From: a virus
Taxonomy: Duplodnaviria; Caudoviricetes
Length of the DNA stretch: 64,000 nucleotides
IMG/VR virus record: IMGVR_UViG_3300030104_006170
Direction: 5' to 3' (one strand)
The translations under genes were made by a program, and so were the position numbers. The notes under the pieces were generated by a model, which was not told the origin of the DNA, searched no databases, and worked only from the letters and a program-made list of their open reading frames with translations. Positions within the stretch are counted from its first letter, which is position 1, and each line of letters starts with the position of its first letter. Below, piece after piece: positions 1 to 8,973 of this stretch.

Positions 1-721
1 CGTCTAATAAAAATCCTTGGAGTTGAAACTGGTAGTTTTGTTGGTAATATCTTCTTTCTTCTGTATCTATTTTACTCTCGTCACCTATAGAATTCATTAC
101 TATAGGAATATAATGTCCTTTTACAAATGTATAAGCCTGTCTAGACGTAAACTTTTGTAGTACAACCCTATTAAAATTATTTAACTCTCTCATCCTATTA
201 CAAATAATTTTAACATCATAAGTTATGTCAACAGGAACTGGTTGAGGTATTGTATATATGTCGTATCCTTTTCTATTTCCATCCCATGTTGGTACCTTTG
301 CATAATGAAATTGTTTTCTATCTGGTATTGTATATTGTAGTGCTGGGTTGGTTCCGTACTGTACTTCTGGATTTCTAACAACCACAATAAAAGGAAGTTC
401 TACGTTTTTGTCTTTTGTAGAAAATTTCCATGTTTGTGCCAACTCCCCCCATCTTTGTAACGTAAGAATTCTATCTATAACATTAATTTTTTTACCACTA
501 CTTACAGTTTTTAGTTGTTCTTCTACAAAATCTAACATACCTCTATCCATATCTGCATGTAAAACAGATTTTGGTAGGTAAGTCCCATCTTCAGTTATTA
601 GATTTGCTAGTTCTTTTCTTCTATTAGGTGTGGTTATACCATTGTACCCAGTAGGATAGTGTCCCTGGATTGGTCCCGGAGATATATTCAAACTCTTTTT
701 TACTTTTTTTGGTAATGCCAT
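1..721 (-). CDS. Tail terminator / sheath stabilizer-like protein (T4 gp15-like), 3'-truncated by the window edge; absent from the ORF track
   Basis: Manual translation from ATG at 721 (overlaps the stop of the upstream gene) stays open to base 2: MALPKKVKK...LPFIVVVRNP...PVPVDITYDVKIICNRMRELNNF...IPIVMNSIGDES...RRYYQQNYQFQLQGFLLD, which resembles the gp15 pattern. It follows a gp14-like gene. Confidence 0.65.
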   Translation of the reverse strand, partial: MALPKKVKKSLNISPGPIQGHYPTGYNGITTPNRRKELANLITEDGTYLPKSVLHADMDRGMLDFVEEQLKTVSSGKKINVIDRILTLQRWGELAQTWKFSTKDKNVELPFIVVVRNPEVQYGTNPALQYTIPDRKQFHYAKVPTWDGNRKGYDIYTIPQPVPVDITYDVKIICNRMRELNNFNRVVLQKFTSRQAYTFVKGHYIPIVMNSIGDESKIDTEERRYYQQNYQFQLQGFLLD

Positions 722-1236
722 TATACTCCTTTAAATTCATTAGGACTCACATAAGAACATGTAACAGTTCTATAAAAAGCCTTATACCCACCTATAGTGT
801 GTTTATTATCAGATGTTACTCTACCATCATTTGTTACCGTATAATATCTCATTTTATTTTCAGTTTCAGGATAACCTATATAGTCACCATAATTAATATC
901 TATATTTAGTTCATTTAAATGTTTTATATAAACACCTAGTGTCATATTTCCAGGCTCTAAATCCTTAACTAAACCATTAGCATAACTATCAAGTTTTGGT
1001 TCATCTATTTTAACATAAGCATTAAACTCTACCGGTGCTTTATATCTAATTTCTTCTGGACCAGATTCACCATAAACATCGTCTACATCTGAAAGTCTAG
1101 CATCCACCCTAAATAAAACCAAAGTAAAATGCATGTCACCGTGTAACCACTCCATACCTACGTTCTGTTCTAACTGAAAATCTTCAGAACTAAAAAATCT
1201 GGATATCCTTGTAATAGGTATTTTTTTATTTGCCAT
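721..1236 (-). CDS. Neck / head-closure protein (T4 gp14-like)
   Basis: 171 aa; DDVYGE...YKAPVEFNAYV...GDYIGY pattern typical of head-closure proteins; late motif upstream; adjacent to the gp15-like gene. Confidence 0.6.
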   Translation of the reverse strand: MANKKIPITRISRFFSSEDFQLEQNVGMEWLHGDMHFTLVLFRVDARLSDVDDVYGESGPEEIRYKAPVEFNAYVKIDEPKLDSYANGLVKDLEPGNMTLGVYIKHLNELNIDINYGDYIGYPETENKMRYYTVTNDGRVTSDNKHTIGGYKAFYRTVTCSYVSPNEFKGV

Positions 1237-1253
1237 ATAATATGTCCTTTTAT

Positions 1254-1261
1254 TATAAATA
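1254..1261 (-). promoter_or_regulatory. Putative late promoter TATTTATA
   Basis: Motif lies 17 nt upstream of the ATG at 1236; recurs at 18 gene starts. Confidence 0.7.
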
Positions 1262-1264
1262 CAA

Positions 1265-1296
1265 TTTGTCTTTCTTTTCTCTTTTTATTATATTTT
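1265..1296 (+). promoter_or_regulatory. Putative early promoter, Bacteroidota type (TTTG-N20-TATATTTT)
   Basis: Fits the -33 TTTG / -7 TAnnTTTG arrangement; ends 4 nt before the SNF2 ATG. Confidence 0.5.
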
Positions 1297-1300
1297 TAAT

Positions 1301-3034
1301 ATGGAAAATTTCCCACCAGAAATTAAAGCTAAGAATTTATTAGCTGATTATAGTGGGGCCAATAACTATATTATAGGCCTCAGAAATAATATGCTTAATA
1401 GTAAAACATTTACATTAACACGTTCACAAGCGGACTACATTAATAAAAATTATAGTGAAAAACCTAAGGTTGTGAGGTTATGGATGGAGATAGATGATTA
1501 TTTAGCTAAAGAATACATGTCAACCAAATTTTTACAATCTCCACCCAAATCTATTTGGATTGAGAAGTTACTTAGTGAGACAGAAAAAGCTTACCATGTT
1601 TGGGGTAAGGTGATTGATTCGGATATACTTAATTCTTTTTGGGTTCCTAAAAATCAAATTATTCCTAGAGCTAATCCTGATGTTAAGGTTGATTTTGGTG
1701 AGTTTTCCCATCGTCCACCATTTGAACACCAAAAAATAGCTATAACTAAATTAGTGTCAAATAAAAAATATATCCTAGCAGACGATATGGGTTTAGGTAA
1801 AACTAGTTCTGCTATTATGGCTAGTATAAGTTGTAAAGCAAAAAAAATATTAATTATTTGTCCTGCATCTTTAAAGGTTAATTGGAAGAGAGAAATAGAA
1901 AACTACACTGACGAAACGGTGGGTATAGTAGAAGGTAAGAAATGGGTAGATGGTAAATACATAATTATTAATTACGATATACTTAAAAACTTCCACTCCC
2001 TACCCAAAGACAAAGATAAGAAAAAACAAATTTTAGATTCTAGGTTTGACTTGGTTATCATAGACGAAGCACACTATGTGTCTAATGGAAAAGCTCAAAG
2101 AACTAAATTGGTCAACAACTTAACTTCTAGAATAGATAGATTGTGGTTATTATCTGGTACCCCTATGACATCGAGACCTATGAATTACTATAACCTGTTA
2201 AAGTTGGTTGGGTCAAGAGTTGCAAATAATTGGATTAATTATGTTAGGAGGTATTGTGACGGTAAACAAATTTTTAGGGGGTATAGGAAAATATGGTTGA
2301 CTTTTGGTGCTACTAATTTAGAGGAGTTACGTGATAAAACTAACGATAAAGTTTTACGTAGATTAAAAGAAGATGTGTTAGATTTACCCGATAAGATTAT
2401 AACCCCTATTCATATGGAACTAAAATCTAAAACATATGAAGACGAAATGGGTGATTATCTTGACTGGAGGAGACAAAATAGGAATAAGGGACTATCCATA
2501 CAACTTTCAAAGTTGATGAAGGTTAGACAAATCATAGCTTTAGAAAAAGTTAAGGAGACAATCCAACTAATAGAACAGTGTTTACAACAAGATAAAAAAG
2601 TTATTGTATTTACTAATTTTACAGAACCTTTAATGACTTTACATGAAAAATATAAAAAAGAATCTGTAATTCTTAATGGTACAATGAAAAAAGAAGATAG
2701 ACAAGAAAGTGTAGATAGATTTCAGAATGACGAAAAAGTAAAGGTTTTTATAGGTAATGTAAAAGCAGCAGGAGTAGGAATCACACTAACAGCTGCTGAA
2801 GTAGTAATATTTAATGACTTATCTTTTGTACCCTCAGATATGTCTCAATGTGAAGACCGTGCATTTAGAATAGGACAAGATAAAAAAGTATCTTGTATGT
2901 ACCCTATTTATGACAATACTATAGAAAGAACTATCTATGAATTAGTAAATAAAAAGAAATCAGTTATAGACACTGTTATGGGTGATAACATTAATGAAGA
3001 AGATATTTTAGGTGAAATTTTAAGTGGTTTGTAA
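1301..3034 (+). CDS. SNF2-family helicase/ATPase (SMARCAL1-like)
   Basis: Motifs ADDMGLGKT, DEAH, SGTP, GVGITL, QCEDRAFRIGQ. Confidence 0.92.
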   Translation: MENFPPEIKAKNLLADYSGANNYIIGLRNNMLNSKTFTLTRSQADYINKNYSEKPKVVRLWMEIDDYLAKEYMSTKFLQSPPKSIWIEKLLSETEKAYHVWGKVIDSDILNSFWVPKNQIIPRANPDVKVDFGEFSHRPPFEHQKIAITKLVSNKKYILADDMGLGKTSSAIMASISCKAKKILIICPASLKVNWKREIENYTDETVGIVEGKKWVDGKYIIINYDILKNFHSLPKDKDKKKQILDSRFDLVIIDEAHYVSNGKAQRTKLVNNLTSRIDRLWLLSGTPMTSRPMNYYNLLKLVGSRVANNWINYVRRYCDGKQIFRGYRKIWLTFGATNLEELRDKTNDKVLRRLKEDVLDLPDKIITPIHMELKSKTYEDEMGDYLDWRRQNRNKGLSIQLSKLMKVRQIIALEKVKETIQLIEQCLQQDKKVIVFTNFTEPLMTLHEKYKKESVILNGTMKKEDRQESVDRFQNDEKVKVFIGNVKAAGVGITLTAAEVVIFNDLSFVPSDMSQCEDRAFRIGQDKKVSCMYPIYDNTIERTIYELVNKKKSVIDTVMGDNINEEDILGEILSGL

Positions 3035-3051
3035 AAACCAACTTTTCCTTA

Positions 3052-3059
3052 TATTTATA
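3052..3059 (+). promoter_or_regulatory. Putative late promoter TATTTATA
   Basis: 14 nt upstream of the ATG at 3074. Confidence 0.7.
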
Positions 3060-3073
3060 TAGAAACAATTGTT

Positions 3074-3484
3074 ATGGATAAAAAAGAATTCACGAAAAAA
3101 CAACTTAAAAAACAGTTAACAACTTTAACTGAATCTAAAGCTGACATTAAATCAGAATTAAAAAAAGCTTATAAGGCTTTAAAAAGTCTTAAGTCTTTGT
3201 TAGTGGGTCATAAAGCGGGAGATGCTACACTTAGTTTTAGTGATTTAAAAAAGATTAAGACAGCTGCAAGACATATTGAAGACATCTATGAAGATATGGT
3301 GGATACGGAGATGAATGAAAAAGAAAAAGAAAAAGAGTCTGAAGTGGAAAAGAAAAATGAACAATCTGAAGGTCATGGAAAAATGTATAATGCTTTACAA
3401 GGTGTAAGAGAAGGTAAGGTTGTTAAGATTAACCAAGGTACACTTAAAAGAATTGTAGAAAGAGTAATTAAAGAACAAAAGTAA
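3074..3484 (+). CDS. Hypothetical late protein with a C-terminal amphipathic motif (KVVKINQGTLKRIVERVIKE)
   Basis: 136 aa ORF with late motif upstream and terminator downstream. Confidence 0.7.
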   Translation: MDKKEFTKKQLKKQLTTLTESKADIKSELKKAYKALKSLKSLLVGHKAGDATLSFSDLKKIKTAARHIEDIYEDMVDTEMNEKEKEKESEVEKKNEQSEGHGKMYNALQGVREGKVVKINQGTLKRIVERVIKEQK

Positions 3485-3505
3485 TTATTTAAACACATAT
3501 TTTAT

Positions 3506-3530
3506 AAAAGGTCCTTACGGGACCTTTTTT
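3506..3530. terminator. Intrinsic terminator hairpin
   Basis: AAAAGGTCC-TTACG-GGACCTTTTTT. Confidence 0.85.
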
Positions 3531-3546
3531 AATGCCAACTTCTAAG

Positions 3547-3554
3547 TATTTATA
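3547..3554 (+). promoter_or_regulatory. Putative late promoter TATTTATA
   Basis: 15 nt upstream of the neck gene ATG at 3570. Confidence 0.7.
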
Positions 3555-3569
3555 TAGAAAGGATATATT

Positions 3570-4706
3570 ATGCCAGCAACAATTGAACCAGCAAAAAGAG
3601 AAAAATTATTTAACCAGGTAAGACATATGTTAGGTGCACCTATTAGAGGTGTTGAACTTGAGGATGAAATGTTAGATACTGCTATTGAATTGGCAATACT
3701 TGATTATGGTCAGTACGTCCAAGATTGGTTAATAGAAAATCAGTGGTCGTCTTTATACGGTCAAGACCTTGATGTTATTTCTTTGACTAGTGCTTTTTTA
3801 ACAAGGGATTTAAATTTTGAAACGTCGTTTACGTACGCTTATTCTAAAATCGTTGGATTACAAGCTGGTGGACCTTACCAACTAAAACAAGATTATTTTA
3901 ATCTTAGTGCAAATACCCAAATTTATGAAATACCAGCTGGTAGAGAAATAAACGAAATTCTGTGGTATAGTAGAGCTGAATTAAACGAATCTTTTATTGA
4001 CCCATTTTTAGGTGCTTTTGGTGGTTTTGGTGGAGGTATGGGTCTAGGTGGGCCAGGAGGTTTTGCTCAAATGGGAATTCAAGGTTCATATTTTTTAATG
4101 CCAGCTTTTGATATTTTACTTAGAATGCAAGATAGAAATCTTAAAAATAGATTAATAGGTGGTGATATGACATACAGAATAACTGCGGGTGCTGGTGGTA
4201 TACATGGACCTAAATATGTTCACTTATATAATGTACCTGGAGGTAGATTTGATTTTGGTAATGTAGAATTCAACGAGCATCGTGTGTATTATTGGTACTA
4301 TGATTCTGGTCCTGAAAATAGGGATGAGTGTTTAGCGGCCAATAAAGATATTGTGTTATTACCTAGTGATGTAACTTTAGACGAAATGACTTTTACTGAA
4401 CTTAATGCACCAGCTCAAGCATGGGTAAGAAGATACTTTTTTGCAAAAGCAAAAGAAATGTTAGGTAGAGTAAGAGGTAAATTTAGTGGTAATCTTAAAA
4501 CACCTGACTCAGAATTAACTATGGAATATTCTGACTTACTTAGTGAAGCAAAAGATGAAATGGCTAAGTTAGTAGAAGAATTAATGACAAGATTAGAAAG
4601 ACTTCGTAACGATAAAATGTTAGAAAGAAAGGCTATGGAAGCTGAAAATTTAAATAAATCACTAGGGTATCGACCAATGAATCCTGGTTCTATATTTGTA
4701 ATATAA
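3570..4706 (+). CDS. Neck / head-tail adaptor protein (T4 gp13-like)
   Basis: N-terminus VRHMLGAPIRGVELEDEMLDTAIELA resembles gp13 (LRRLGAP..VEL); C-terminal AKEMLGRVRGKF. Confidence 0.8.
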   Translation: MPATIEPAKREKLFNQVRHMLGAPIRGVELEDEMLDTAIELAILDYGQYVQDWLIENQWSSLYGQDLDVISLTSAFLTRDLNFETSFTYAYSKIVGLQAGGPYQLKQDYFNLSANTQIYEIPAGREINEILWYSRAELNESFIDPFLGAFGGFGGGMGLGGPGGFAQMGIQGSYFLMPAFDILLRMQDRNLKNRLIGGDMTYRITAGAGGIHGPKYVHLYNVPGGRFDFGNVEFNEHRVYYWYYDSGPENRDECLAANKDIVLLPSDVTLDEMTFTELNAPAQAWVRRYFFAKAKEMLGRVRGKFSGNLKTPDSELTMEYSDLLSEAKDEMAKLVEELMTRLERLRNDKMLERKAMEAENLNKSLGYRPMNPGSIFVI

Positions 4707-4707
4707 C

Positions 4708-5769
4708 ATGGGATTTTATACTAAAGTAGATTATAGCAGACAACTAAAACAAAGTGGGGACACAGTTGGTGTCTTTTCTGGTTCGTCTACTTTTGAACAA
4801 ACGGTGGATATTGGTTCAGCTTGTACAGTAGGTGCAGGTCTAACAGGTTGTGGTGATTTTATGGCCTATAAATGTAAAGACTGGACCGAACTTTGTGGTG
4901 CTTGTAATTATACCGCTTCTACCACAGGATATACATTTATGGTTGCACCCTATTCTGCAACTTCGGGTTCGTCCATGGTAACCGTCACACCATTTTCAGC
5001 TATAACTGGATATACACCAGTAGTAGCCATAGGAAAATTACCAACACCACCATTAAGTGGTACTAACAGTAGTTTGTCAACAAATCCAGGTATAAGTGCG
5101 AGTACACTACAAATAGGTAATTTAGGTCTATTATTAGATACCGTTACTAGTGGAAATGTGGATTTACAAATAGACGAATCTGGAAATGTCGTTAGAGGTT
5201 CTTCTTCTTCTAGAAGATACAAAACATCATTAAGAGCTATAGGAACTGAAAGGTATAAAAAATTATTAGATTTAAATACATATTTTTTTAAATATATAGA
5301 AACTGGTGCTGATGGTTTTGGTTTAATAGCTGAAGAACTGGATGCTTTAGGATTTAGAGAATTGGTTATATACGATGGTAAAGGTAGACCGGACAACATT
5401 CAATACAAGCTATTATCGGTTGCTCTTTTAAACCTATTACAAGGATTGTATAAAGACGGTATGAACTTATACATAGACCCAACAGTAGAAACCGATACCA
5501 CAACAAAAGTAATTAATAAAGATTATATTAGTAATGGAGAAGATTTATTAGTTGTTACTGAAAGTTGTAAAATAACTTTAAACTCTAAAAAAGATAAAAA
5601 ATTAAAAATAAAATCTTTGTCTTCTGTTGAGGTGATTCCAGATAATGGTTTAATAGATATGAAATGGGAGTCACTACATTTAGATGGTGATAGTTGTGTT
5701 GAATTTTCTTATGTTGAAGACTTATCCTCTTGGGTGATAGTTAGTTCTGATGGTCTAAAGAATTCCTAA
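4708..5769 (+). CDS. Fiber/spike-like structural protein with a peptidase S74-type chaperone domain and an extra C-terminal domain
   Basis: S/T/G-rich N-terminus; SSRRYK...GFGLIAEEL...DNIQYKLL...LLNLLQ matches the S74 pattern. Confidence 0.7.
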   Translation: MGFYTKVDYSRQLKQSGDTVGVFSGSSTFEQTVDIGSACTVGAGLTGCGDFMAYKCKDWTELCGACNYTASTTGYTFMVAPYSATSGSSMVTVTPFSAITGYTPVVAIGKLPTPPLSGTNSSLSTNPGISASTLQIGNLGLLLDTVTSGNVDLQIDESGNVVRGSSSSRRYKTSLRAIGTERYKKLLDLNTYFFKYIETGADGFGLIAEELDALGFRELVIYDGKGRPDNIQYKLLSVALLNLLQGLYKDGMNLYIDPTVETDTTTKVINKDYISNGEDLLVVTESCKITLNSKKDKKLKIKSLSSVEVIPDNGLIDMKWESLHLDGDSCVEFSYVEDLSSWVIVSSDGLKNS

Positions 5770-8490
5770 TTCTTCCATAAAATAGTTTTCACTCAGATTC
5801 ATTTTTGTCCAATAATCTTTTTCCTCTGGTGATAATGTTAATATTTCCTCTAATGAGTCTTGGTCACTTTCTTTCCTAGGTACTCCATTAATTAACGTAC
5901 ATTGAGTTTTAGTGTAGTATTCTCTATCTTCTGGTTTCTTTTTTAATAAACTGTCTCTCACTTCTTTTTTAAAACAAACTAATAATGGTTCTACACGTTT
6001 ATTAAAAGTGTTTATATATCTAGGTACATTGTATTCACCTTTCATACCATTTTCTAAATCATTTTCGGAAATTAGATAGGAATTTAAAACAATTTCTTCT
6101 GTCCCATCCTTTTTCTTTTTTCTTTGTACATCACCATGTGACATAGCTTTACCATTATTCACATAGTAAATCGTATCCCCTAAAGATACTTGTAAATTAT
6201 TAGCTATAACCAACTCCATATGTGCTTGTCTAGCCATTAAATTTCCGGCTTTTGTTCTTTGTGTACATCTTTTTTTATAGGATTCTATAGTTTGTTTTAC
6301 TCTAGACTTGTTAGCTATTTTTGCGAGTAAAATATCTCTATCGTAGATTTTTTGTAAGTACTCATAATAATATTCTACAAAATCACCACCTCTACCTTCT
6401 AATAACATTCTAAGTCCTTTATCTATAAACTCTTCTAGATATCCTTGTATTTTTTTAGACTTAATAGAATTACCAGTTAATTTAACTTTTCCACTAGACA
6501 TTAATAACGCATAATTTTTTCTAGCTACATTAATACAAGAAGGCCATTGACCATCTGTATCTAACCCCATCTCACCTCTCATAAATAAATCGTTATATTC
6601 AGCAACATCAGCCTCACTACCCTTATATTCCTTACCTTTTTTAACTAATTCGTTATTACCTAAACCAACATAAGACCTATCCTCCACATCTAAAGGACAA
6701 GAAAAGTTAACACCATCCGTATCCATAACCAATGGGTCATAACCTTTATCCATAAAAAATCTAACCATCTGTCTTAGATATTGTCTAGCTGTACAGGTTA
6801 CTTTTTCACCCATATTCATATCACCCCAAGGAAAAACTTGTGGTGCTGACAAAGAACCAAACATAGAGTTTATAAAAATTTTAATAGGTAATTGTTTTCT
6901 ACCATAAGACTCAGATTTCTTTTTATCTTTACTGTAATATTCAGAGGCTAAGTTTTTATACATAATTCTAGTATCTCTAAAATACTTTAACATACCTTTC
7001 ATAGCATCTGTAATATCACATTCTGGAAACACGTTGTGAACCAATTGTATTGATGGGTAAAGTGAACTAAAGTCTAACTTTAGTACATTAGTGGAGTAAC
7101 CTGTTTTTACAAGTCTAGAAAGTCCACCTACAAAAGGCCTTTTAGAGTCTTTTGATGGTACCGCTAATCCTTTGTGATAAGACCACGCCAACATTAACAT
7201 TTTCCATAAAGTAGCTGTACCCATTGTTGACACTCTTTCATATGATGTTGGTACCATACTTGCTAGTAAAAATGATGCTTGATTAAATTGTCCGTCTACT
7301 TCCATAGTTTCCCATAAATCATCCATTAGGTACTGTTCTACTATTTCTGCACCACCAACCTTTTTATATACTTTTGGGAATTTCTTGTCTATATCAAATA
7401 GTCCTTCCCCACCAACAGGTTTATATTTTCCATTTTCAACATTTAAATAAAACTCCTTATTCTCTCTATACGTAGAAGCGATTTTATCCCCAGGAACATA
7501 AACTCGATTAGGTTTTTCTGATTTAGAAAATTGTGTTATATATTTTAATCCCCAACTTTTTATTTCAGAATTAATTGTTTGTGCTCTCCTAACAGCATGT
7601 GCAATATCCAAAGAATTATAACCCCAAATTTTTATTTGTTTATAATCCTCAATTTCTGCACCTAATTTTAAAACACCATCATTAATTTTATATCCTTCAT
7701 TAGGATTTAGCGTTTTAAATTGTGTGGTATCCATCTGAAGTATTTCTGCTCTTTTAAATAACCAGTTCCAGTCGAAGTTAGATGAGTTGTACCCACCTAT
7801 GATTGTTGGTCTTAAGTTATTTATAGTTTCAAAAAATTCATATATAGCCTCAACTTCTTCAGTCTCACTTTCACCAATTTCTATAACCTTTTCAAACCCC
7901 CTATTATCTTTCATACCAATCATAAAAATTCTACCGTCTTCTGGATTTAATGCTGTAGTCTCCAAGTCAAAAACAAATCTATGTATGTCGTCATATTCTT
8001 CAAAACCCTTAAACAATCTTTTTTCTTTTTGTACCAAGTATTGTTCTATTGGTGGTAGAATCATAATTGCATCCCTGTTGTCACTATCCCAAGGATTTAT
8101 ACCACCTTGTCTAAAAAAACTTACTAAATCTCTATATGTTTTTGTTGTTTTAATTAAATAAGTTAAACCATTATTTAATCTTTCATCGTCACCACTATGT
8201 AATTTTTCTATTAAAATACCGTGTTTAGATATAGCCTCTTTTTGAGCCTGTTTACTACCGTTATAAAAATTCTTTTTACTCAAATCACCAACCCAACAAA
8301 AAGGGATAAATGTATCAGTTTCAATTATTTTACCTTTTTTTGGGTCTTCCTTTATTTTATATATTTTACTACTTCTCCACCCATATTCCAAGGCTACAAT
8401 ATACTTTTCTGGGTCATTACCAAGTAAAAACGCTTCTATCTCCTCCGGAGTAGCTTTTTCTGTCATATTTTCTTTATTTAATTCTTGCAT
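5755..8490 (-). CDS. DNA polymerase family B with 3'-5' exonuclease domain
   Basis: FDLET (ExoI), YNSSNFD (ExoII), DFSSLYPS (A), KIFINSMFG (B), DTDG (C). Confidence 0.96.
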   Translation of the reverse strand: MQELNKENMTEKATPEEIEAFLLGNDPEKYIVALEYGWRSSKIYKIKEDPKKGKIIETDTFIPFCWVGDLSKKNFYNGSKQAQKEAISKHGILIEKLHSGDDERLNNGLTYLIKTTKTYRDLVSFFRQGGINPWDSDNRDAIMILPPIEQYLVQKEKRLFKGFEEYDDIHRFVFDLETTALNPEDGRIFMIGMKDNRGFEKVIEIGESETEEVEAIYEFFETINNLRPTIIGGYNSSNFDWNWLFKRAEILQMDTTQFKTLNPNEGYKINDGVLKLGAEIEDYKQIKIWGYNSLDIAHAVRRAQTINSEIKSWGLKYITQFSKSEKPNRVYVPGDKIASTYRENKEFYLNVENGKYKPVGGEGLFDIDKKFPKVYKKVGGAEIVEQYLMDDLWETMEVDGQFNQASFLLASMVPTSYERVSTMGTATLWKMLMLAWSYHKGLAVPSKDSKRPFVGGLSRLVKTGYSTNVLKLDFSSLYPSIQLVHNVFPECDITDAMKGMLKYFRDTRIMYKNLASEYYSKDKKKSESYGRKQLPIKIFINSMFGSLSAPQVFPWGDMNMGEKVTCTARQYLRQMVRFFMDKGYDPLVMDTDGVNFSCPLDVEDRSYVGLGNNELVKKGKEYKGSEADVAEYNDLFMRGEMGLDTDGQWPSCINVARKNYALLMSSGKVKLTGNSIKSKKIQGYLEEFIDKGLRMLLEGRGGDFVEYYYEYLQKIYDRDILLAKIANKSRVKQTIESYKKRCTQRTKAGNLMARQAHMELVIANNLQVSLGDTIYYVNNGKAMSHGDVQRKKKKDGTEEIVLNSYLISENDLENGMKGEYNVPRYINTFNKRVEPLLVCFKKEVRDSLLKKKPEDREYYTKTQCTLINGVPRKESDQDSLEEILTLSPEEKDYWTKMNLSENYFMEELGIL

Positions 8491-8501
8491 GTGATTACAT
8501 A

Positions 8502-8532
8502 CAAAGATAGGTAAAGAAATTTAAGTAATCAA
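8502..8532 (-). promoter_or_regulatory. Early promoter, Bacteroidota type (TTG-N20-TATCTTTG)
   Basis: Exact TAnnTTTG box 11 nt upstream of the polymerase ATG, with TTG 20 nt further upstream. Confidence 0.7.
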
Positions 8533-8536
8533 TAAA

Positions 8537-8932
8537 TTAACAAGGTGGTGTACAAGGTTGTCCCACAAAAGAATCCGTTATGTTAATAAATAAATCTTCA
8601 CGGATAGGAACAATTAATTCTGAACAATTTTGTTCATGAAAATATATGATAAATTGCCCTTCAAATCTACCCACTTTATTAACATCTCTAGATTTCCATT
8701 TATAATAAATGTAGTATTCTGTGGGTGCATTAACCGATGTGGGTGTTTTTGCGACGATATTTGCCGCAGCATTTAATATTTTAGGAATTCCAGTCTTAAC
8801 ATCTTTCATAGAAAAATATATACTAGAATTAGCTAGTTTATCGTGAAAACTATTAAAGTCGTTTCTACCATCTTGTACGACTTGCATCTTTAGTATTGGT
8901 TCTAATGAGTTTTTTCTAATAAAAAATTCCAT
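8537..8932 (-). CDS. BppU-N-like (baseplate upper) domain protein
   Basis: 131 aa; IYYKWKSRDVNKVGRFEGQFIIYF...LIVP pattern; late motif upstream. Confidence 0.5.
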   Translation of the reverse strand: MEFFIRKNSLEPILKMQVVQDGRNDFNSFHDKLANSSIYFSMKDVKTGIPKILNAAANIVAKTPTSVNAPTEYYIYYKWKSRDVNKVGRFEGQFIIYFHEQNCSELIVPIREDLFINITDSFVGQPCTPPC

Positions 8933-8946
8933 TTATCTTATTTTAT

Positions 8947-8954
8947 TATAAATA
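8947..8954 (-). promoter_or_regulatory. Putative late promoter TATTTATA
   Basis: 14 nt upstream of the ATG at 8932. Confidence 0.7.
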
Positions 8955-8973
8955 TCATACAAATTACTTATTA

